Below, one piece after another: positions 57,326-64,000 of a DNA stretch of 64,000 nucleotides. The stretch lies in assembly GCA_020353235.1 (NCBI GenBank), contig CP070693.1:836844-900843 (forward strand). Reading direction: 5' to 3'. Origin of the DNA: Dehalococcoidia bacterium (lineage in GTDB: Bacteria > Chloroflexota > Dehalococcoidia > Dehalococcoidales > JAUYDJ01). The number at the start of each line of letters is the position of its first letter. Position 1 is the stretch's first letter. The notes under the pieces were generated by a model. It searched no databases and had not been told where the DNA came from. It saw only the letters and a program-made list of their open reading frames with translations. The translations under genes were made by a program, and so were the position numbers.

Positions 57326-58525
57326 GTGTCTATTTCTGACAAGATTCGCCGGAGCATGACCGAAGGGTCATGGATTCGGCGTATGTTTGAGGAGGGGGCT
57401 GTCCTCAAGCAGCGCTATGGTGACGAAAACGTCTTTGACCTTTCGCTGGGTAATCCGGTGATGGAACCCCCGCCTGGGTTCAAGCAGGAGCTGAAAAGAC
57501 TGGCCGAACATCCCTTGCCCGGCATGCATCGTTATATGGAGAACGCCGGCTATGCGAAGACGAGGGTGGCGGTAGCCAAGCAGCTCTCGCTGGAGACTGG
57601 TATTAAATTTACCGAGCAGAATGTGGTCATGACCTGTGGGGCGGCGGCGGCGCTGAACGTGGTGCTGAAAGCAATACTTAATCCTGGTGATGAAGTCATT
57701 ATATTCGCTCCTTACTTTGTGGAGTACGGCCACTATATTGACAATCACAACGGGGTGGCTAGAGTCCTGCCCAGCGATGAGCATTTTATCCCCCAGCTTG
57801 ATGCCCTTGAAGCAGCCATTGGTGCTAAAACCAAAGCGGTAATCATCAATTCCCCCAATAATCCCACCGGCGTGGTGTATAGTGAAGGCTTTATCCGTAA
57901 ACTGGGCGGGCTGCTGGCGAAAAAGGAAGCCGAGTACGGGACGTATGTCTATCTCATCAGTGATGAAGCCTACCGCAAGATTATCTACGATGGCTTGAAA
58001 TACCCCTTTGTTTTTTCCCATTACCCCCAGAGCATAGTGGTCACCTCCCACTCCAAAGATTTAGCATTGCCCGGCGAGCGCATTGGCTATGTTGCGGTGC
58101 ATCCCGATTGCCACCAGCCGGAAGAGTTGGTGAACGGCTTAATCCTGTGCAACCGGATACTGGGCTATGTCAATGCCCCGGCATTGATGCAGCGTATTGT
58201 ACGGCATTTGCAGGCGGTGACCGTCTCGGTGGCTGAGTACCAGCGGAAACGGGACTTTCTCTATGACCGTCTGGTCAGGATGGGCTACCAGGTGGTCAAA
58301 CCGCAGGGTGCCTTCTATATGTTCCCCAAATCTCCACTGGAAGATGATGTTGCCTTTGTGGCTGAGCTGCAGAAATTGAGGGTGCTGACCGTGCCCGGTA
58401 GCGGCTTTGGCACACCGGGCTATTTTCGTCTGTCCTATTGCGTTACCGACCAGACCATTGCGGGCTCTCTAGCCGGGTTGGAGAAGGCTATTTCCCCCGC
58501 TTTTCGTAGTCGGGGCACCAGGTAG
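57326..58525 (+). CDS. Class I/II PLP-dependent aminotransferase (AspC/AlaT-like)
   Basis: The likely start is the GTG at 57326 (VSISDKIRRSMTEGSWIRRMFEEG), after GGAGA. The PLP lysine motif is SHSKDLALPGERIGY, with INSPNNPTG also present. Confidence 0.85.
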   Translation: MSISDKIRRSMTEGSWIRRMFEEGAVLKQRYGDENVFDLSLGNPVMEPPPGFKQELKRLAEHPLPGMHRYMENAGYAKTRVAVAKQLSLETGIKFTEQNVVMTCGAAAALNVVLKAILNPGDEVIIFAPYFVEYGHYIDNHNGVARVLPSDEHFIPQLDALEAAIGAKTKAVIINSPNNPTGVVYSEGFIRKLGGLLAKKEAEYGTYVYLISDEAYRKIIYDGLKYPFVFSHYPQSIVVTSHSKDLALPGERIGYVAVHPDCHQPEELVNGLILCNRILGYVNAPALMQRIVRHLQAVTVSVAEYQRKRDFLYDRLVRMGYQVVKPQGAFYMFPKSPLEDDVAFVAELQKLRVLTVPGSGFGTPGYFRLSYCVTDQTIAGSLAGLEKAISPAFRSRGTR

Positions 58526-58664
58526 CGTTGGGGCGCTCGGGGTAGTGGCAGGTGGTGCGCCAGTTCCACTTGCAGGTATCACACAGGAAGATATTCATGC
58601 CCAAGGCTTTCTTCAGTCTGAGCTTGATATTGTGTGTCCAAGGTGGCTTCATCCGGTAGTTCAT
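58488..58664 (-). CDS. Candidate 58-aa Cys-containing micro-protein
   Basis: Below the track cutoff. The sequence is MNYRMKPPWTHNIKLRLKKALGMNIFLCDTCKWNWRTTCHYPERPNATWCPDYEKRGK. Its 3' end overlaps the convergent aminotransferase gene by 38 nt. Confidence 0.35.
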   Translation of the reverse strand: MNYRMKPPWTHNIKLRLKKALGMNIFLCDTCKWNWRTTCHYPERPNATWCPDYEKRGK

Positions 58665-58744
58665 TGCTAACTAACCAATCTGGAGTAAAGGGCTTTTCAG
58701 TATATCAGGTTGGGTGCTATCCAGCAATAAGTAAACATAAGTAG

Positions 58745-58773
58745 TTCCCACTGCCACATAATTGTGGTAGAAT
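58745..58773 (+). promoter_or_regulatory. Candidate promoter of corA
   Basis: TTCCCA, a 17-nt spacer ending in TGG (extended -10-like), then TAGAAT, about 40 nt upstream of the corA ATG. Confidence 0.3.
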
Positions 58774-58812
58774 ATGGCGGGTTTTACCGAAAAAGTGAAC
58801 GGGTAGTTTATC

Positions 58813-59775
58813 ATGAATGTACCAAAGGCGGGACCGGGAAAACAGCTAAATCTGGAGCAGGTTACTTGGGGTGACCTGACCTGGATTAATATTGAGAACC
58901 CAACGGCACGGGAGACGGAGTATCTCACGGAGAACTACTCTTTCCATCCCCTGGACCTGGATGATTGTCTCAGCCGGCAACAGCGCCCCAAGATAGACGA
59001 ATATAAAGAATACCTTTTTATCGTCTGCCACTTTCCCGTTTTTGATAAGGAAGCCCGCAAGACCAATCCCAGCCAGCTATCGGTATTCATTGGCGAGAAC
59101 TATCTGATCACCCTGCATAAGGGGGAGCTCAAGCCCCTGGTCAAGCTGTTCAAAGAATGCCAGCTTGATGAGGAATCACAGCAGGAATATTTGGGTCCGG
59201 GCTCCGTCTTTCTGCTCTACCGCATCGTGGATAGACTGGTTGACTCCAGTTTCCCCATCCTGGCTAAGGTCTTTGACAATATTGAGGCGGTTGAGGATGA
59301 AATCTTCGCCGATAGGCGAAGCGGTATGATAAAAGAGATCTCTATCCTCAGGCGCGATGTCATTGCCTTCCGCCGCATTATCTGGCCGATGAGAGCAGTT
59401 ATCGGCAGCCTACAGAACAAGCTGAGGCGCTTTGTTAAAGACGATACCGCCAAGCAGGATTTAGAGGTCTACTTCGGCGATATGACCGACCATGTGGACA
59501 AAATCTGGGATACCCTCGATGAGTCTAAAGAAATCATTGAAGGGTTAAATGATACCTATGATTCTCTGGCCAGCAACCGCACCAACGAGGTCATGAGAAT
59601 CCTGACCATCATTGGTACCGTACTTCTGCCCCTGGTTGTCGTCGCCAGTGTCTACGGAATGAACATCCCCTTGCCCTTCCAGAGTTCCCATTATGCCCTG
59701 CTGCTGGTGTTCGTGGTCACGCTGGTTATCGTTGGCGGCATGCTCCTCTTCTTCCGGCGTCAGCGCTGGATTTGA
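58813..59775 (+). CDS. corA: Magnesium/cobalt transporter CorA
   Basis: 320 aa with a cytoplasmic N-domain, two C-terminal TM helices and the YGMN signature (VYGMNIP). Confidence 0.9.
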   Translation: MNVPKAGPGKQLNLEQVTWGDLTWINIENPTARETEYLTENYSFHPLDLDDCLSRQQRPKIDEYKEYLFIVCHFPVFDKEARKTNPSQLSVFIGENYLITLHKGELKPLVKLFKECQLDEESQQEYLGPGSVFLLYRIVDRLVDSSFPILAKVFDNIEAVEDEIFADRRSGMIKEISILRRDVIAFRRIIWPMRAVIGSLQNKLRRFVKDDTAKQDLEVYFGDMTDHVDKIWDTLDESKEIIEGLNDTYDSLASNRTNEVMRILTIIGTVLLPLVVVASVYGMNIPLPFQSSHYALLLVFVVTLVIVGGMLLFFRRQRWI

Positions 59776-59801
59776 TTCCTTAGGGTATAATAAGCCTGAA
59801 G

Positions 59802-60467
59802 ATGATTATTTCTCACCGACTGGTGTTTGTCGCGGCTCTCTTTATCACCTGCTTAATCACGGCTAATATCATTGCCGTCAAGGTAATCAGCCTTGGTCTT
59901 CTTATCCTGCCCGCCGCCATCGTTATTTTCCCCCTGAGTTACATCTTCGGTGATATTCTCACCGAGGTCTACGGCTATCGCTGGGCAAGAAAGGTCATCT
60001 GGCTCGGCTTTCTGTGTAACCTCATCTTTGTTGTCTTTGCCTGGGTTGGGCAAATGCTGCCCCCCGCCCCCTTCTGGGAAGGGCAGGGGGCTTATGAGAG
60101 CATATTAGGCTACACGCCGAGGCTGCTTATCGCCTCTTTCAGCGGCTACCTGGTGGGCGAGTTTGCCAACTCCTTTGTCTTGGCCAGGATGAAAATTCTG
60201 ACCGAGGGGCGCTGGCTGTGGAGCCGGACGATCGGCTCCACGGTAGTCGGGCAGGGGCTGGACACTTCAGTATTTATTACCCTAGCTTATATTGGCACCG
60301 CATCTTTTGCGCCGGTAATGATTCTATACCACTGGCTGGCGAAGACGCTTATTGAAGCGGCGGCTACGCCACTGACCTATGCTGTGGTAAACTTCTTGAA
60401 GAGAAAAGAAGCGATTGATACCTACGACCACCAGACCAGTTTTAACCCGTTTCGCATCTTTGATTAG
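59802..60467 (+). CDS. yhhQ: Queuosine precursor transporter (YhhQ/DUF165, VUT family)
   Basis: 221 aa and polytopic, with FPLSYIFGDILTEVYGY and GYLVGEFANSFVLARMK, both typical of the family. Confidence 0.8.
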   Translation: MIISHRLVFVAALFITCLITANIIAVKVISLGLLILPAAIVIFPLSYIFGDILTEVYGYRWARKVIWLGFLCNLIFVVFAWVGQMLPPAPFWEGQGAYESILGYTPRLLIASFSGYLVGEFANSFVLARMKILTEGRWLWSRTIGSTVVGQGLDTSVFITLAYIGTASFAPVMILYHWLAKTLIEAAATPLTYAVVNFLKRKEAIDTYDHQTSFNPFRIFD

Positions 60468-60492
60468 GCATTATTGAGGCCGGGAGGAAACA

Positions 60493-61263
60493 ATGGAAAT
60501 CCGGTTCCTGGGGGCGCATAACTGCGAATCAGAGAGCACCAGATACACCAGCCTGCTCATTGACGATATTTTAGCTATAGATGCCGGTGGGCTTACCTCA
60601 AGCCTTTCTTTTGCCGCCCAGCAGCAGCTCAAGGCAGTCCTGCTCACTCATCAGCACTATGACCATATCCGGGATATTCCGGCGATTGCCATGAATCTAT
60701 TTCTGCACGAGACCACGGTCAGTGTTTACGCCATCCGGCCGGTATATGATGCCTTGGCCAATCATTTCTTTGGCAGCAAGCTCTACCCCAATTTTCTGGC
60801 TGAGCCGGCGGGGAACCCCACCATCAAGTTCACCGTAATCGAGCCCGATAAGACAGAACAGATTGCCGGCTATGGTATCCTGGCGGTTGAAGTGGACCAC
60901 TCGGTGCCGTCGGTCGGCTACCAGGTCACCTCAGCGGATGGTAAAATAGTGTTCTATAGCGGAGATGTCGGGCCGGGGCTGGCTAAGTGTTGGCCGAAGG
61001 TCTCCCCGCAGCTGATTATTACCGAGGTCACCGCCCCCGATATATACGAGGAATTTGGCCGGACATCAAAGCATTTCACGCCGAGCCTGCTCAAGCCGGA
61101 GCTAATCAGCTTCCGGGAGCTTAAGGGGTATCTCCCCGAGGTGGTGGTCGTCCACATGAATCCTAGGCTGGAGAAAGAAATAACCTCGGAGATTAAAGCG
61201 GTTGCCCAGGAACTAAAGAGCCCGGTTAGACTGGCTTATGAGGGGATGCGCATTAATTTATAA
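60493..61263 (+). CDS. MBL-fold metallo-hydrolase
   Basis: 256 aa with the HxHxDH motif (THQHYDHI) and downstream His/Asp ligand positions. Confidence 0.8.
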   Translation: MEIRFLGAHNCESESTRYTSLLIDDILAIDAGGLTSSLSFAAQQQLKAVLLTHQHYDHIRDIPAIAMNLFLHETTVSVYAIRPVYDALANHFFGSKLYPNFLAEPAGNPTIKFTVIEPDKTEQIAGYGILAVEVDHSVPSVGYQVTSADGKIVFYSGDVGPGLAKCWPKVSPQLIITEVTAPDIYEEFGRTSKHFTPSLLKPELISFRELKGYLPEVVVVHMNPRLEKEITSEIKAVAQELKSPVRLAYEGMRINL

Positions 61264-61274
61264 GAGACTGGCTG

Positions 61275-61766
61275 ATGGAAGGCTGGAAGTTTATCGTTGA
61301 CCATAATGTCGGTAAGCTCGCCAAGTGGCTGAGGATGATGGGTTACGATAGCCTGTTTTTCAACGGCAGCGACGACTCAAGCATGGTGAGGACGGCACTG
61401 AAAGAGGGCAGGGTGATACTGACTAGGGACACCCAGATCATGAAAAGGGGACTGGTGACCAGCGGGCGGCTCAAAGCCGTCCTGATTGGCAGTGACAGGC
61501 CCCGCTTACAGATGAGTCAGGTGATAAGAGAGTTGAAACTGGACTGCCAGTTCAAACCCTTCAGCCTCTGTCTGGAGTGCAACCAGCCCCTGTTAAAAAG
61601 AAGTAAGGCTGAGGTGGAGGGGTGGGTGCCGCCCTATGTTTTCCAGACGCAGGAGCAGTATGTGGAGTGCCCTGCCTGCCACCGCATCTACTGGAAGGGC
61701 ACCCACTGGCAGGCAATGACCCGAAAGCTTGAACAGTTTGGGGAATACCCCGAGGAGGAAACATAA
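61275..61766 (+). CDS. Mut7-C RNase domain (DUF82, PIN-like plus zinc ribbon) protein
   Basis: 163 aa with FIVDHNVGKLAKWLRMMGYD, ILTRDT, and zinc ribbon CLECNQPL...CPACHRIYWKGTHW. Confidence 0.75.
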   Translation: MEGWKFIVDHNVGKLAKWLRMMGYDSLFFNGSDDSSMVRTALKEGRVILTRDTQIMKRGLVTSGRLKAVLIGSDRPRLQMSQVIRELKLDCQFKPFSLCLECNQPLLKRSKAEVEGWVPPYVFQTQEQYVECPACHRIYWKGTHWQAMTRKLEQFGEYPEEET

Positions 61767-62365
61767 TGGATATCTATCAGACGGCTACCCAGCGGCGCTC
61801 CATAAGGGAGTTCAAGGATAAAGCCGTGCCCTATGAAATTCTGGAGAAGTGTGTCAATGCCGCCCGGCTGGCGCCGAGCGCCGCCAACCGCCAGCTCATT
61901 GAGTATGTCATCGTGGATGACGAAAAGCTGATGCCCAGCATGTTTGATGCCGTGGCCAGCTGGTTTGGCGTGTCCCGACCGAAAGAGGGCTGGCCGCCGG
62001 GGCGCCGGCCGAAAGCCTATATTGTCAGCCTGATTGACCTTGAGGCTGAGGCAGAGCGGGGGGTGGGCAGGACCAACGCCCTCTTTGATGTGGGCATGGC
62101 GGCGGAGAATATAGTACTGGTCGCCGAGGAGGCGGGGCTGGGCAGCTGTGCCATTACCGGGTTCAGCCCGAACCGGCTGCGGCAGGTGCTTAATGTCCCC
62201 GCTAAATACGAGACCGCCCTGATGCTGGCGCTGGGTTATCCCGATGAGAGCCCGGTCGTTGAGGTAGCCACCGATTCCATTGAGCGCTATATGGACGACA
62301 AAGGGGTGCGGCATATCCCCAAGCGGGAACTGAAGGATATCCTCCACCGCAACCGCTTCCCCTAG
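61766..62365 (+). CDS. Nitroreductase family protein
   Basis: 199 aa with RRSIREFKDKAVPYEILEKCVNAARLAPSAANRQ. The start overlaps the preceding stop (ATAATGG). Confidence 0.85.
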   Translation: MDIYQTATQRRSIREFKDKAVPYEILEKCVNAARLAPSAANRQLIEYVIVDDEKLMPSMFDAVASWFGVSRPKEGWPPGRRPKAYIVSLIDLEAEAERGVGRTNALFDVGMAAENIVLVAEEAGLGSCAITGFSPNRLRQVLNVPAKYETALMLALGYPDESPVVEVATDSIERYMDDKGVRHIPKRELKDILHRNRFP

Positions 62366-62432
62366 GGACAAGGTTGACCTCAGGTGGGGATGCTGTTACA
62401 CTCAAATCAATATAGTCTTTGAGTGAAAACCG

Positions 62433-63995
62433 ATGAAAGTAGTCACCACCGATGAGATGCAGCGGATAGAGCAGGCGTGTGTCCAGATGGGCATAACCAC
62501 TGACATACTTATGGAGAACGCGGGCCGGGCGGTAGCCGAAGAGGTCAGGCGAATCCTGGGTAAGATTGACAAGCAGCCAATCCTGTTTCTCATCGGTCCG
62601 GGTAATAACGGCGGCGATGGACTGGTGGCAGCCCGTTATCTTGGTGAGTGGGGGGCCAAGGTTAGCCTTTACCTGCTCAGCAAGCGAGCACCGGATGACC
62701 CGAACCTCAAGCCGGTTCGGGAGCGTGGCTTGAATTGTGTTGACGCCGCCAAGAGTCTGGATGGGCTGGAGGAATCGCTGGCTTCATCTGGTGCTGTCGT
62801 TGATGCCCTGTTTGGCACTGGCAAGGGCCGACCACTGGAGGGCCTCTTCCGGGAGGCTCTGGAAAAAGTGAGTCAGGCCAAAAAGGAGCACCCGGCGTTG
62901 CATGTTTTTGCCCTTGATTTGCCCTCCGGGCTTGATGCTGACACCGGTAAGGCTGACCCGGCCTGCCTTTATGCCGACGACACTATTACCCTGGGCTTTC
63001 CCAAGCCGGGCCTGTTCAGCGCCTCCGGGGTGGAGAGAGCCGGCAGAATAAAGGTGGTTGACATCGGTATACCGGCTCACCTCGCCGGGCCGGTAAGTAA
63101 CGAGCTTATGACTGGCGAGTGGGCTCAGTCGGCTTTACCCCGACGCCCGCTTGAAGCCAATAAGGGGAGCTTCGGCCGGATACTGGTGGTGGCTGGTTCC
63201 ATAAACTATATCGGCGCTGCCTATCTGGCCTGTAGTGGCGCCATGCGGGTGGGGGCGGGGCTGGTCACTTTGGCGACGGCTGCCAGCCTGCAGCCCATTC
63301 TGGCGTCAAAGCTGACCGAGGTAACCTATTTGCCCCTGCCTGAGTCCAGTCCGGGCATTGTCGCTCCGGAGGCGGTCAGTGTAATCCAATCGGAGCTGGA
63401 GCGTTATCAGGTTTTGCTTTTCGGTTGCGGACTGGGGCAGAGCCCGTCCGCCATAGACTTTACCAAATCTCTGCTGCTGGAGAAAAAGGCAGCGCTGCCG
63501 GCGCTGATTCTGGATGCTGATGCCCTTAACATTCTGGCCGGGATTCCCGACTGGTGGCAGAAGCTGGCGGCCGATGCCATAATCACCCCCCACCCCGGTG
63601 AAATGGCCCGGCTGGCCAAGTCATCGATTGATGAGGTGCAGGCGGATAGAAGTGGGGTGGCTACCCAGAAGGCGGCCGAGTGGCGCAAAACAGTCGTCCT
63701 CAAGGGCGCCTATACCGTTGTTGCCGCGCCGGCGGGGAGGTCCCGAGTTAGCCCCTTTGCCAACCCCGGGCTGGCCTCAGCCGGAACCGGCGATGTCCTG
63801 GCCGGGGCAATCGCCGGGCTGGTGGCGCAGGGGTTGTCCCTCTTTGACGGGGCCGCCCTGGGTGTCTATCTCCACGGCAAAGCCGGCGATATCGTCAAGG
63901 CGGTAATGGGCGACACCGGCATGACGGCGGGTGACCTTTTACCGGTGCTGCCCCTGGCGATTAAAAGATTGAAGGGGAGTGCTCAGCCACTTTAG
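62433..63995 (+). CDS. nnr: Bifunctional NAD(P)H-hydrate repair enzyme (epimerase + ADP-dependent dehydratase)
   Basis: 520 aa with an N-terminal YjeF_N domain (GPGNNGGDG) and a C-terminal carbohydrate-kinase-like domain (GSFGRILVVAGS...GTGDVLAG). Confidence 0.9.
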   Translation: MKVVTTDEMQRIEQACVQMGITTDILMENAGRAVAEEVRRILGKIDKQPILFLIGPGNNGGDGLVAARYLGEWGAKVSLYLLSKRAPDDPNLKPVRERGLNCVDAAKSLDGLEESLASSGAVVDALFGTGKGRPLEGLFREALEKVSQAKKEHPALHVFALDLPSGLDADTGKADPACLYADDTITLGFPKPGLFSASGVERAGRIKVVDIGIPAHLAGPVSNELMTGEWAQSALPRRPLEANKGSFGRILVVAGSINYIGAAYLACSGAMRVGAGLVTLATAASLQPILASKLTEVTYLPLPESSPGIVAPEAVSVIQSELERYQVLLFGCGLGQSPSAIDFTKSLLLEKKAALPALILDADALNILAGIPDWWQKLAADAIITPHPGEMARLAKSSIDEVQADRSGVATQKAAEWRKTVVLKGAYTVVAAPAGRSRVSPFANPGLASAGTGDVLAGAIAGLVAQGLSLFDGAALGVYLHGKAGDIVKAVMGDTGMTAGDLLPVLPLAIKRLKGSAQPL

Positions 63996-64000
63996 CTTGA

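Noticed and set aside
58665-58812. Mg2+ (M-box) riboswitch upstream of corA
   Set aside because: The candidate promoter leaves only about 40 nt of leader, far too short for an M-box aptamer of about 160 nt. I see none of its conserved helices.
59776-59801. preQ1 riboswitch upstream of the yhhQ-type queuosine precursor transporter
   Set aside because: The gap to corA is only 26 nt. There is no room for an aptamer, and the gene is probably co-transcribed with corA.
61688-62371. 227-aa minus-strand ORF
   Set aside because: It is antisense to the nitroreductase gene, which has clear family motifs.

Overview
This 64 kb window looks like a gene-dense bacterial chromosome segment, probably from an anaerobe. 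The anaerobe call rests on rubrerythrin, a tungsten-type aldehyde:ferredoxin oxidoreductase with its ferredoxin, and a tungstate-type ABC transporter. The lineage could be Chloroflexota/Dehalococcoidia-like, but that is a low-confidence impression from gene content only. Most of the window is housekeeping: serS(partial)-lysS-recO, recR-ybaB-dnaX, gap-eno, pth-ligA, serA plus a class V aminotransferase, tyrS-ribF, rsmI, metG, ftsH, rsfS, ndk, tsaB/tsaE, thiL, rsmA-ispE, cca, dCMP deaminase, dcd/dut, corA, yhhQ and nnr. There are two tRNAs, Thr-CGT and a CAT-anticodon tRNA. I found no CRISPR array, no rRNA, no transposase or integrase, and no recognisable defence system.

The most unusual locus is 7.8-12.6 kb. 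It holds two tandem 391-aa tubulin-superfamily GTPases that look CetZ/tubulin-like rather than FtsZ-like (GQCGG T1 loop, GGTGSG, DNQRY, GDYP). Both share a conserved C-terminal DIP(S/T)LL tail and appear to have their own promoter. They converge on two long, charged helical-repeat proteins. One has a strictly phased 25-residue repeat. The other has an aromatic stripe with 11-residue spacing.

Other points worth a second look:
- A Moco/Tuco-type riboswitch with a terminator lies upstream of a tupABC-like operon, which also contains an unlisted 43-aa zinc-ribbon ORF.
- dnaX has an A7 slippery run at the expected gamma/tau position.
- A membrane protein carries 19 in-register Gx3 units plus a Cys-His-Asp domain.
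- A secreted protein has four repeats of about 95 aa and a C-terminal CFIATAAYG module.
- There is a response-regulator gene remnant.
- A lower-GC patch sits next to the CAT tRNA.

All calls come from reading the translations and sequence by eye. No searches, alignments or statistics were run.
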